Below, one piece after another: positions 16,851 to 26,504 of a stretch of DNA of 64,000 bases. The notes beneath the pieces are model-generated. The model saw only the letters and a list, made by a program, of their open reading frames with translations. It ran no database searches and had not been told where the DNA came from. Both the position numbers and the translations under genes were made by a program. The stretch spans positions 62,001-126,000 of the IMG/VR virus record IMGVR_UViG_3300046516_001816; one strand, written 5' to 3'. Every line of letters begins with the position of its first letter. The stretch's first letter is position 1.

Positions 16851-18419
16851 TTGGAACTGCAAATAAGCAAGATTAGTCTATCCGAGACAAGCCGTTCGGA
16901 AGTGAGTATTCTCCATCGTGGTCAGCAGCTCGACTTCAATGTCTCTGACTACAAAGGGATCATGCGTGATCTCAAGCATGACATCTTCGGCGAAATCAAC
17001 GCCTTCTGGTCCTGGCTACCGTTGCCAGAGCAAGACGCCATCTTTGCGGCTTACCGCGACATCAAAAACGTTTTTCAGGAATACCCCAGCAATGAGCAAC
17101 TGATGCTTCGGTTGTTCGGGCTGGTCGCGAAGCTGGTCAACCTGCACCAGCTCGACAAGATCAAGCACTGGATGGATTTTCACGAGAAGATCTATTACCC
17201 GCCGGATCTGAAGCAAGTGTTCATTCAGCATGAAATGCCGGGCACGGCAGAAGGCACGTACCTCTTCGAGGACTATGCGTGGCTCGTCGGCCTGTCGATC
17301 GTGCTGCGGCCGATGTTTCCGGTGTGGGGCGAATTTATCGCCTACATCAAAGAAGACTTCGGCCCGAACTGGAAAGAGTATTACGCGTTCCAGTTGTTGT
17401 CCCAGTCGTATCTGGCGCACTCGATTCCGATGGAGCGTCTGCGGGTGTATGTGAAATCGATGGTGGCCAGCGAAAAGAAGGTGGACGTGGCCAATTCGGC
17501 GCACATCTTGCATGGCGGCGTGTCGGTGGAAGATTACCCGGAATGGGTGATTGGGCTGGTGTTGGTGCGCAAGCTGATCATCGGGGACGTGAAGGGCATG
17601 GATCCGAAGGCGCATTTGGCCAGCCAGATCTTTAACTTCATCAAGTACAAGACCAAGCCGCGCAGCGATAACGGCTTCTCGGGCATTGTGCGTGAAAAGC
17701 GCCTGGAAGGTCAGGGGCAGGGTGACGAGAATCAGCAGTCGAAGCTCGAAGCCAACAAGGTGAAAGCCCCGGTGTCAGAAGGCCGGATTGCCCCGATCCT
17801 GTACTACGCGCGCGATATGCGTCACGTGGCTTTGCAGATCTGTCCGGATCTTCCGCTCGATATGCTGGAGCAGTCGTTCGAGTCGATCATGCATCGGGGG
17901 TTTGAGATTCATCACAAGCACCAGGCCGTGCTCTTGATGTATATCTTGAAGTACCGCAGCCAGATCAGTCCGCGCTCGATTCACCACTTCATCTTCAATG
18001 CCAAGCGCGAAGCCATGGCAGCTGCGCAAGCCATCTATTGGCATAAGGGCTACTACGAACTGGCGGGTCTCGTCAGTGCCGTGGCACGGCCCAATATCGA
18101 TGAGCATACGGCAGCCGAAGGCGGTCCTCGCCAACGCCTGTCGCAAGCGACCATCGAAGAACTGACGAAGTGGTTCCCCCACCCGCGTCGTCAGGGCGGT
18201 AAACAAAAAGCACAGCGGCTGCCGACCTCGGCCGAAGTGTCCATCGAATTGGTCGATAAAGGGTTGTCGGAACACGCGTGGGTGCTCACTCTTCCCCAGG
18301 AGTGGGTCGGGATTCTGAAACAGAACCCCGGTACCAACGATCGTAGCTATGGTGTACCCGGCAACCTCAAAGTAAAACTCGCGCAACTCGCAATTGCGTT
18401 TGCCTCAAGGAGCTTCTAA
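16851..18419 (+). CDS. nvRNAP promoter-specificity (sigma-like) subunit, phiKZ gp68-like
   Basis: 522 aa, TTG start with SD AGGAGG; size and position match gp68. Confidence 0.75.
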   Translation: MELQISKISLSETSRSEVSILHRGQQLDFNVSDYKGIMRDLKHDIFGEINAFWSWLPLPEQDAIFAAYRDIKNVFQEYPSNEQLMLRLFGLVAKLVNLHQLDKIKHWMDFHEKIYYPPDLKQVFIQHEMPGTAEGTYLFEDYAWLVGLSIVLRPMFPVWGEFIAYIKEDFGPNWKEYYAFQLLSQSYLAHSIPMERLRVYVKSMVASEKKVDVANSAHILHGGVSVEDYPEWVIGLVLVRKLIIGDVKGMDPKAHLASQIFNFIKYKTKPRSDNGFSGIVREKRLEGQGQGDENQQSKLEANKVKAPVSEGRIAPILYYARDMRHVALQICPDLPLDMLEQSFESIMHRGFEIHHKHQAVLLMYILKYRSQISPRSIHHFIFNAKREAMAAAQAIYWHKGYYELAGLVSAVARPNIDEHTAAEGGPRQRLSQATIEELTKWFPHPRRQGGKQKAQRLPTSAEVSIELVDKGLSEHAWVLTLPQEWVGILKQNPGTNDRSYGVPGNLKVKLAQLAIAFASRSF

Positions 18420-18421
18420 TA

Positions 18422-19951
18422 ATGTTCGCACAAGCCACCACCCGTATTGGTATCAAGCGTCTGGTTCTGATGGAAACCGGCCGTTACGACACGCAGTTCC
18501 GGCGCCCGTATCAGTATCAAGCCACGGGCCATGCCATCAATGCGCTCACCGAAGCCGTCGGCGGGGCCCAGAAGTTCACCGCGAGTCAGCTCGCGGGGGT
18601 TGCTAACCAGATCGTCGCGCCGTCGGCGCAAGCCGAATCCACCATTCAGATCGGTGGCGTGTCGTGGAATGAACGCCGACTGCGCTTCATGATGGAAGTC
18701 GAGTGCAAGCAGCTGGCCGGCGGCTCGATCATGGTGACGGTGTTGGGTTATACCGACTACCCCGGCGTGATCGTGCATTCGGCCGCGATCGATCCGAACA
18801 TGACGTTCTATATCAACTCGATTGTGAGCGTGCGTCGGACCATCGAAACCACCCCGCTGGGTGCGCAAACGTATTCGAATATCGTCGACAATTCGCACGT
18901 GCTCGTCGATCCGAATTACGGGGGCGTGCACCAGATGAATCCCGCGCACAAAATGCGTCCGGAAGACGTCTATGCGACGATGTCGATGTCGCATCTGGGC
19001 GGGCTCTCTAATGCCGTGGATCTGCGTACCGTGCTCGATCATCAACCGATCGCCTCGAAGCGCAGCAACTCGGTGGCGGCCAGCTACGCCGCGGACATGC
19101 TGAGCGGCTTTACGCGCGCAGCCGTGGATGCGAACTTCGGCATGAACAAGCCGGAAGACATCTTCGAGAATGCCCGTGGCTATACGCAGGAATCGATGCT
19201 CACGATGAATCCGTTCTTCAAGGCGATCACCACCTTCCGTGATGGTTTCGTGTCGAACTTCTTCTCGTGGCGCGATCTGCAAGCGCTCGACCCGAACGTG
19301 GATAACGTGACGGTGGTGACGATGCTGGGCCAAACGCAGATGACCGCGTCGAGCCAACTCACCGCATACGACTGCACGATGGGTGGTGCTGCGCCCTGGG
19401 GTGCCTCGGATCGTCAGACGATGGTCGCGACGATTCTGTCGCAATCGATTCCGTCGTTGATGGCGGACTTCGGTCTCACGGTGGTCGCGTTTGCGACGAC
19501 CAATCGGCGGGTGTTTGCCGATGCGATCAATGCTGCGGGGCCGTTCTCGATGCAAAGCCGGATCTCGACGCGTATTGCCGACATCCAAAGCTTCGCGGAA
19601 TTCGACATGGCGCCGTATATGGATCACTTCGTCGCGAAGTTGGAGAAACTCGTCTTTACCGACGTGTCCTTCAATAACGAAACGGACTTCTATATCGAGA
19701 TGCGGGCCGACATCCTGGGTGAAACCTGGATCAAGCTCTCGCTCGACGGCGGCATGGAGTACACGTTTGTGACGCCAAGCTTTGCCGACGCGCTGATGGC
19801 CCCGGTTGTGACGACCAACAATCAGCTGCACTCGGAACTCTCCTCGGGAATGGAGGCGGTCCTGCATCACGTGGCCGATCACTCGGGCATGGGTTTCTCG
19901 GTCAACAACGGCACTCAGGCAGCACCGGCAAATCTGTTCGGTGTCATCTAA
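18422..19951 (+). CDS. picA: PicA/Imp1 nuclear protein-import factor (phiKZ gp69-like)
   Basis: 509 aa immediately after the gp68-like gene; assigned by synteny and size. Confidence 0.68.
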   Translation: MFAQATTRIGIKRLVLMETGRYDTQFRRPYQYQATGHAINALTEAVGGAQKFTASQLAGVANQIVAPSAQAESTIQIGGVSWNERRLRFMMEVECKQLAGGSIMVTVLGYTDYPGVIVHSAAIDPNMTFYINSIVSVRRTIETTPLGAQTYSNIVDNSHVLVDPNYGGVHQMNPAHKMRPEDVYATMSMSHLGGLSNAVDLRTVLDHQPIASKRSNSVAASYAADMLSGFTRAAVDANFGMNKPEDIFENARGYTQESMLTMNPFFKAITTFRDGFVSNFFSWRDLQALDPNVDNVTVVTMLGQTQMTASSQLTAYDCTMGGAAPWGASDRQTMVATILSQSIPSLMADFGLTVVAFATTNRRVFADAINAAGPFSMQSRISTRIADIQSFAEFDMAPYMDHFVAKLEKLVFTDVSFNNETDFYIEMRADILGETWIKLSLDGGMEYTFVTPSFADALMAPVVTTNNQLHSELSSGMEAVLHHVADHSGMGFSVNNGTQAAPANLFGVI

Positions 19952-19997
19952 CAATTAAAACAAGGCGGGCTGTGAGACAATTGCAGCCTGAACAAAT

Positions 19998-21587
19998 ATG
20001 GCAATGACTTTGCTCGAGTTGTATAAGAGCATGATGGACACCGCGGGCATGATCGTCACGGAAGACCATCTGGTGTCCGGCGTGGTGCGCACGAAGGAAG
20101 ATGGTAAGCTGCACACCAACATCATGCCGGTGACGATCAAGGGCAAGCGGCTCGCGCTGCCGGCCCAGTCGATCCTGTCGATTCCGGACAAGAGCGGCAT
20201 CGTCGTGTTTCATCCGCTGATGGAACCGGTCGGGCGGGGTGAATCGGAAATCCTCGAGAAGTATCGCAACGCGTTGATGTATCGCCTCAATGACGTGGCG
20301 GCTTCGCAACTCGTGGAACTGACGGTCATCACCGGTGACGTGAACGGGCAATCGACGATGACCCCGGATCAGACGGAATTCCTGATGAAGGTGAAGGGCG
20401 TCGATGACGAGTTTCTCAAGAAGCTCGGCAAGATCCTCAACCAGATGCCGCACGATCAGACCGCGCGCCGTATCGTCACGTTCTTCCTGAAGAAGACCGG
20501 CACGGTCAACGACAAGCGCTACAAGCGTGTGGGCGTGGTGACGTTCCCGCTGTATGAGGAACTGCACAAACCCCCGACGGTCACGGTGATTCCGGCGACC
20601 AAGAAGGGCGAGAAGGACACGAAGAAGACGGAGTACGACGTCTACGGCGTGAAGTGTCGCGTGAAGGATCGCGAACTCCTGATCGCGCTGCTCGAGTATA
20701 TGTTCCCGAACATCGCGGTGCCGGGCGCATACAACAAGGGCAGTGATTCGGATATTGCGGCGAATCTGGATGCCCTGATGCACGCAGCGTTGGGCGTGAT
20801 TGAAGCGCTCAATTCGGTCACGGAAATCTTCGAAGACCGGATCCCGAAGGAAGAGGATCTGTTCATCAACGCGGACTGGAAAGAGACGTTCTTCAATCTG
20901 GACGTGATGCTGAACGCGATTCGCATGGTGCCGATGCAAGCGGGCAATGAAGGCACCACTGCCGACGAACCCGCCGGTCATCAGAAGGTTCAAGCACCCG
21001 TGCCGCACGCGGGACTGCATGTACCGACTCCGCCTGCCTATGCGCCGCCGCCGATTGTTACGGCACCCACGGCACCCACGGCACCGGTGCATCAGCCCAC
21101 CAACGCACCGGTTCAAGCTGCGCCGTCCGCATCTGCGAGCAATGGCACGGCACTCGATAGCTTTTTGGCGCAACGCGAGCAAGAACGTGCGCGTCAGCAG
21201 CAACTCGAACAGGGCTGGAAAGCCGTGACGCATATGGGGTCCGCACCGGTTCCGTCGGTTCAGCCTCCGTACAATCCGGCAGCAGCTTTCATGCCGCCGG
21301 GCGCACAAGGCTATTATCCGCAAGCGCCGATGATGCCGGTGGCGCAACCCGTGCATACGGGTCGTGGGTTGGACTTCGGTAGTGTGCTCGCGACCAATCC
21401 GGCCGTGCTGTACGCGTCGGGCGGTCCGCAAGTGGGGATGATGCAAGGTCAGCCCCAGCCGCAAACGTCACGCTACTTCTCCCAGTTCACGGGGCAGCAG
21501 CCGATGATGCAGCAACCCATGCAACAGCCCATGCAGCAACCGGGCTATTACCCGCAGCAACCGATGGGCTATCAACGCACCATCTAA
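19998..21587 (+). CDS. Conserved chimallivirus protein (phiKZ gp70-like) with P/Q/M-rich disordered C-terminus
   Basis: 529 aa after PicA; C-terminal ~200 aa low complexity. Confidence 0.7.
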   Translation: MAMTLLELYKSMMDTAGMIVTEDHLVSGVVRTKEDGKLHTNIMPVTIKGKRLALPAQSILSIPDKSGIVVFHPLMEPVGRGESEILEKYRNALMYRLNDVAASQLVELTVITGDVNGQSTMTPDQTEFLMKVKGVDDEFLKKLGKILNQMPHDQTARRIVTFFLKKTGTVNDKRYKRVGVVTFPLYEELHKPPTVTVIPATKKGEKDTKKTEYDVYGVKCRVKDRELLIALLEYMFPNIAVPGAYNKGSDSDIAANLDALMHAALGVIEALNSVTEIFEDRIPKEEDLFINADWKETFFNLDVMLNAIRMVPMQAGNEGTTADEPAGHQKVQAPVPHAGLHVPTPPAYAPPPIVTAPTAPTAPVHQPTNAPVQAAPSASASNGTALDSFLAQREQERARQQQLEQGWKAVTHMGSAPVPSVQPPYNPAAAFMPPGAQGYYPQAPMMPVAQPVHTGRGLDFGSVLATNPAVLYASGGPQVGMMQGQPQPQTSRYFSQFTGQQPMMQQPMQQPMQQPGYYPQQPMGYQRTI

Positions 21588-21593
21588 GCTAAC

Positions 21594-21631
21594 GGCATAA
21601 AGGGGCGCCTCTCGGGGCGCCCTTTTCTTTT
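21594..21631. terminator. Bidirectional terminator between convergent genes
   Basis: AAAGGGGCGCC/GGGCGCCCTTT with T tract. Confidence 0.75.
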
Positions 21632-21633
21632 GT

Positions 21634-21999
21634 TCAAGACGAGATAATGCTGCTCGTCATATAGGCCGAACGCAGTTGTTCGAGAATCGTGATCGAAGCG
21701 ACCAGCAGTGCACCGGGACCCGGCGGGACAAATTGCTCTGGACCCGTTAGATTGTTCAGGCGCATATTCACCCAATGAAACTGGGGCGCCATATTGATTT
21801 GCTGAAAGTAGCCAAAGAGATCTTTCTCGTTTTCCCACACGTCCTGAGCGGAGACGCTGATGACCTGAGTACTCTGATGCGTGCGTAACCACGCCATATG
21901 GTCTTCGAGCACTTGCCGAAAACCGTCATCATAGTACTCAGCGGGGCCCGGATTAAACATCAAGTTGTTAATCGGGGCGCTACTGGTAGTCGTGGCCAT
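21634..21999 (-). CDS. Conserved small protein, probably virion/baseplate associated
   Basis: 121 aa; HWVNMRLNNL...P pattern loosely recalls the T4 gp53/LysM-like wedge motif (inference). Confidence 0.55.
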   Translation of the reverse strand: MATTTSSAPINNLMFNPGPAEYYDDGFRQVLEDHMAWLRTHQSTQVISVSAQDVWENEKDLFGYFQQINMAPQFHWVNMRLNNLTGPEQFVPPGPGALLVASITILEQLRSAYMTSSIISS

Positions 22000-22024
22000 G
22001 TTGTTCCTCTAAATAACTTCAGTG

Positions 22025-22033
22025 ATATATCAT
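22025..22033 (+). promoter_or_regulatory. Putative early promoter core ATATATCAT
   Basis: TCAGTG-ATATATCAT upstream of nvRNAP beta-C. Confidence 0.55.
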
Positions 22034-22104
22034 CTTCGTAGACGCATTCACAGAATGATGTCGCTGAAGCAAACAATCTGTAACTAAACCAAGGAAACAT
22101 CATC

Positions 22105-24366
22105 ATGCTTGAGACCCATTCGACACCCATCGCCCAAGCTGTACGGCGACGCGGTGTCCTTCGTGATGAACCCAATGAGCTTTCCCCCGAGCTCTTGAAC
22201 GTGTGCGGGATGAATCCCCTCGACCAGCACAACTCCTCGTCTCGAAAGCAGATGTTCGCCTCGCACTTGGGACAGTGCCTGGTGATCAACGGCGCCACCG
22301 AGAAGCGCTTGCAATCGGGCACCGAGCGTGAGTTCGGTAAGTATACGTTTTCGACGAAGATTCCCGTGGGCTGCAAAGTCATCAAGGTGATCAATCGTTA
22401 TCGGGAAACCTGGGGCCAGGATTCGGTCCTGAAAGACAAGAACGACAATCCCGAGACGGTCATCATTTACGAAGACGTGCAGACCAAAGAAGTCGGCTCC
22501 GTGTCGGTGAAACAGTACACGTCGAACCACTCGTATTTCGGCTTCAAGAACAAGATCAACCCGGTGGTCAACCGCGTGCACCAGGACGACCATTTGCCGG
22601 CGGGTACGATCCTCACCAATTCGCCGTCGGTGACGATGACTGAAGGCGAGAGCCCGATCATCAAGTCGTACAACTATGGGCGCGAATGCAATATCGCGTA
22701 CATGAGCCATCCGGCGACGTCTGAAGATGGGATTTTGATTAGCCAGAAGGTGCTGCGCGAGTTCGGGTTCAAGAAGTACGAAACGCGCGTGGTGGAGTTC
22801 GGCAACAAGAGCTTTCCGCTGAACACCTACGGCGACGAGAATGTCTTTAAGGCGTTCCCGGATATTGGCGAGCCGATCCGGCCCGATGGCTTATTGATGG
22901 CGTTTCGTCCGTACGAGAAAACCGATCAGAGCTACGATCGTGAACTGGCCTTGGTCGAGCAATCGATCTATGACCTGATGGAGATCGATCATGTCTTCGA
23001 CAAACTGGTGTATGCAGACGGCCCCGGTGGGCGTGTCGTGGACATCCGTGTGCATCATGACACGAAGGCCACGAATTCGCCGACACCGATCGGCATGGAC
23101 ACGCAAGCCATGCGTTACGATGCTGCGCGTCGCATCTTCTATCAAGACATCGTCGCGGAATGGCGTCGTCTTGAACGAGATCGCCGTGAATCGCTGCGTA
23201 TCACGCCGGAATTCCATCGCCTGGTGGTCGAAGCGTTGGCAGTGGTGCACGAAACGCAAGAGCGCGTGTTCAAGCTTTACCGCAAGGCGCCGCTTGACGA
23301 TTGGCGCATTGAGTTTGTGATCGAGTACGATGTCATTCCGACGATCGGCTTTAAGCTGACCGATAGCGCCGGTGGTAAGGGCGTCATCTGTCATGTGGTG
23401 CCGGACGACTGGATGCCGACGGACGCCGATGGGAATCGTGCGGACATCGTGATGGATCCGAACTCCACGGTTTCCCGGATGAATCTGTCCCGGAAATACG
23501 AGCAGTATATCAACGCGCACAGTCGTGACGTGACCAAACAGATTCGTAGCTGGTTTGGCATCGAAGCGAAAGATCGGGAAATCATCCACAAGGTGCAGAC
23601 GATCGAGCGTCAGAACAAGCCGCTGTTTGATCAGGCTTGGAAGTATCTGATGCGCTACTACGAGATCACCACGCCGATCATGCAGTCGTGGTTTGAAGCG
23701 GGCGGCTATATGAAGACCGCGGCCGAGCATCTGGCCGAGATCATCAAAAACGGGATCAGCCTGTGGAAGCCGACGAACTGTCCGCGCGAGAGCTCGGACA
23801 TCGTGCGCATGCTCGAAGCGGAGTATCCGTCGACCTATGGACCGGTCACCTACGTGGGCAATTCGGGCCGCCGAGTCACGACCAAGGTGAAGGTGCGCAT
23901 TGGCAGCGTGTATATCATCCTGTTGGAGAAGACCGCAGACGATTGGTCCGCGGTGTCCTCCGGTCGCACGCAGCATTACGGCGTGTTGGCGCAAGTGGGC
24001 AACCAGGACAAGTATACGCAGCCGTATCGCAGCCAGCCGATTCGTGCCTTTGGTGAAGCTGAAATCCGGATTGCGGCGTCCTACGCCGGCCAGCGGGTCA
24101 CCGCGGAAATCATGGACCGTAACAACAATCCCGAGACGCACAAGGCGATTGTCGAAGCGATTCTGGATGCGGAGGAACCGAGCAATATCTACAACGCCGT
24201 GGACCGTGCGAAGATCCCGTACGGCGGCTCGAGACCGCTGCAACTCGTTAAGCACATCCTGGCGTGTTACGGCGTGCGGTTTGTGTATACCCCGTACAAC
24301 GCACCGAAGGTCGATTATCGGACCTTGCCGCAGCAGACGGGTCATGCGTCGTTGACCGCGCACTAA
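22105..24366 (+). CDS. nvRNAP beta C-terminal subunit (phiKZ gp71-73-like), uninterrupted
   Basis: GFKLTDSAGGKGVI, MPTDADGNRADIVMDPNSTVSRMN, FGEAE motifs of RpoB. Confidence 0.92.
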   Translation: MLETHSTPIAQAVRRRGVLRDEPNELSPELLNVCGMNPLDQHNSSSRKQMFASHLGQCLVINGATEKRLQSGTEREFGKYTFSTKIPVGCKVIKVINRYRETWGQDSVLKDKNDNPETVIIYEDVQTKEVGSVSVKQYTSNHSYFGFKNKINPVVNRVHQDDHLPAGTILTNSPSVTMTEGESPIIKSYNYGRECNIAYMSHPATSEDGILISQKVLREFGFKKYETRVVEFGNKSFPLNTYGDENVFKAFPDIGEPIRPDGLLMAFRPYEKTDQSYDRELALVEQSIYDLMEIDHVFDKLVYADGPGGRVVDIRVHHDTKATNSPTPIGMDTQAMRYDAARRIFYQDIVAEWRRLERDRRESLRITPEFHRLVVEALAVVHETQERVFKLYRKAPLDDWRIEFVIEYDVIPTIGFKLTDSAGGKGVICHVVPDDWMPTDADGNRADIVMDPNSTVSRMNLSRKYEQYINAHSRDVTKQIRSWFGIEAKDREIIHKVQTIERQNKPLFDQAWKYLMRYYEITTPIMQSWFEAGGYMKTAAEHLAEIIKNGISLWKPTNCPRESSDIVRMLEAEYPSTYGPVTYVGNSGRRVTTKVKVRIGSVYIILLEKTADDWSAVSSGRTQHYGVLAQVGNQDKYTQPYRSQPIRAFGEAEIRIAASYAGQRVTAEIMDRNNNPETHKAIVEAILDAEEPSNIYNAVDRAKIPYGGSRPLQLVKHILACYGVRFVYTPYNAPKVDYRTLPQQTGHASLTAH

Positions 24367-24417
24367 AAAGAACAAAGGGGTGTCAGATGGCCATAGGCAC
24401 CCCGCGAACAAGGAAAC

Positions 24418-26433
24418 ATGATGAAACGATTCTCTGCGAGAACACTGATCGGGATGAGCACCGAGCAGTTGTGGGAAAGTCTCTGGGGCGATTTCATCGT
24501 CGTCTTTGATGACGGTGAGCTCGTCACCAATCACCGAGAAACGATTTACTCGAGCTACGTCTGGGACTTGCTGCGTGAGTTCCCGGCCACGCCCGTACTG
24601 ATGCGTCATCACGTCAGAACGGTGCTCGGTGATAAGCTGCTGGGCTCCAACACCCACCTGGACCTGCTCGGCAACGTGGTGTGGGATGTGGCCGATGCGT
24701 ACGAAAATGATCAGGTGGTCACACAAGACCGCTTGATGAAACGTACGTATGAGATCGTGAACCATATGTACAACGAGCTCACGTATCGCCTCGAAGAATA
24801 TGTGGTGTCGCTTGACATCACCGACTTCGTCGATATGCTGGACCATCCGGGCCTGATCGCGGCCAAGCAACCGCTCTACGACGTCCCCCTGGAAAAGGTG
24901 ACGGACAAGATGATCGGCGAGTGCTACGCGAAGATGGGCGAAGTGATCAAGGCGGACCCCTCGCTGATGGGTAACCCTTTGGCGCGTGCGGCGCGTGCCG
25001 GGACGGTGAAGTTCGATCAGCTGCTGCAATGCGTGGGACCGCGTGGTAAGGTGACCGACATCGACTCGACCCAGTTCGATCAAGTCATCCTGCGCAGCTT
25101 TACCGAAGGCTATCGCAACTTCCGCGATTCGTTGATTGAGTCGCGTTCGGCGGCGAAATCGCTGATCTTCTCGAAGACGCCGCTGCAACAGGCTGAGTAT
25201 TTCTCCCGACGTCTGCAACTGATGTCGATGAATATCCAGCACTTGCATCGCGGCGACTGCGGCACGACGAAGTTCATCGAATGGCCGGTGCGCAAGAAGG
25301 ACCTGAAGCGCCTCGCGGGCAAGTACTATCTGGACGACACGCGCAATCAGCTGCGCGCGATCACGGGGAAGGAAGACCACCTCGTGGGCAAGCGCGTGAA
25401 GTTGCGCTCGGTGATGGGTTGCGCACACCCGGATCCGGTGGGCGTGTGTTCGACGTGTTTCGGCGCACTGGCAAAATCGGTGCCGGACTACACGAATATC
25501 GGCCACATGTGCTGCATGTTGCTCACGGAAAAATCCTCGCAGTCGGTGCTCTCGGTCAAGCACTTGGATAGTTCCGCGACGATCGAGGCGATTGTCCTGG
25601 GTCAGGATGACAAGCTCTTCCTGAAGGTGGGGGTGGATGATAACTCTTATCTGATGGCCGACCAGCTCCGCGGAGTCAAGGTCAAACTTGTCATTGCGGC
25701 TGAATCGATTCCGAACATCAACGACGTCAATGAAGTCGACGACGTGGATAATCTGACGATCAGTCGCTTCTCCGAAATCCAGACGATCGGCATTATCGTC
25801 GAGCAGCAATCGGGCGAGAGAAAAGTTATTGAAGGGCGAGATGTTTTGACAGAAGTTGGTGGTCGGTTGGCCTCACTTACGCATGAGATGTTGCATCATA
25901 TTCGTAAGAACAGCTTCGACCTGAACGCGGAAAACAACTACGTGATTGACATGACGGGTTGGGATTGGAGCAAACCAATCCTCGCGTTGCCGCTTCGCCA
26001 TTTCAATATGTCGGATCACTCCCGTGACATCGCCCGCATGCTCGAATCGTCGGTGCGCATGATGCAGGAACGGGACAAGAAGTTGCGTCCCAACGATGCA
26101 CTCATCCAGTTGTATGAGTTGGTCAACAGCAAGCTCGACGTCAACCTGACGGTGCTCGACGTGGTGTTGTACGAAGCCATGATCGTGTCGGCCGAACACG
26201 GCGACTACAGTTTGCCCAAACCATGGACGGCGGAAGGCTTTGGGGTGATGTCGATGTCGATGTTGCATCGCTCGCTCTCAGCGGCCATGGCGTTCGAGGA
26301 CCATCGGGACACGATTGTGAACCCGGTCAGCTACACGTCCAAGAATCGCCTGGACCATCCGTTCGATGTGTGCATCTGTCCGCAAGAAGTCTTGACAAGC
26401 CAAAACCAACAATACGCGGCCGTCGCTGCGTAA
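24418..26433 (+). CDS. nvRNAP beta-prime C-terminal subunit (phiKZ gp74-like)
   Basis: DCGT, LRS...C...CSTCFG Zn site, trigger-loop-like EKSSQSVLSVKH. Confidence 0.9.
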   Translation: MMKRFSARTLIGMSTEQLWESLWGDFIVVFDDGELVTNHRETIYSSYVWDLLREFPATPVLMRHHVRTVLGDKLLGSNTHLDLLGNVVWDVADAYENDQVVTQDRLMKRTYEIVNHMYNELTYRLEEYVVSLDITDFVDMLDHPGLIAAKQPLYDVPLEKVTDKMIGECYAKMGEVIKADPSLMGNPLARAARAGTVKFDQLLQCVGPRGKVTDIDSTQFDQVILRSFTEGYRNFRDSLIESRSAAKSLIFSKTPLQQAEYFSRRLQLMSMNIQHLHRGDCGTTKFIEWPVRKKDLKRLAGKYYLDDTRNQLRAITGKEDHLVGKRVKLRSVMGCAHPDPVGVCSTCFGALAKSVPDYTNIGHMCCMLLTEKSSQSVLSVKHLDSSATIEAIVLGQDDKLFLKVGVDDNSYLMADQLRGVKVKLVIAAESIPNINDVNEVDDVDNLTISRFSEIQTIGIIVEQQSGERKVIEGRDVLTEVGGRLASLTHEMLHHIRKNSFDLNAENNYVIDMTGWDWSKPILALPLRHFNMSDHSRDIARMLESSVRMMQERDKKLRPNDALIQLYELVNSKLDVNLTVLDVVLYEAMIVSAEHGDYSLPKPWTAEGFGVMSMSMLHRSLSAAMAFEDHRDTIVNPVSYTSKNRLDHPFDVCICPQEVLTSQNQQYAAVAA

Positions 26434-26445
26434 CATAACGAATAG

Positions 26446-26478
26446 GCGGGGGACAGTGGTTGGTGCTGTCCCTGTTTT
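26446..26478 (+). terminator. Terminator
   Basis: GCGGGGGACAG/CTGTCCCTGT then TTT. Confidence 0.6.
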
Positions 26479-26504
26479 GACCACACTTATTTTGCGGTGC
26501 ATTG

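Noticed and set aside
22891-25809. 972-aa antisense ORF across the RNAP genes
   Set aside because: Overlaps two motif-confirmed RNAP subunits; typical GC-rich shadow frame
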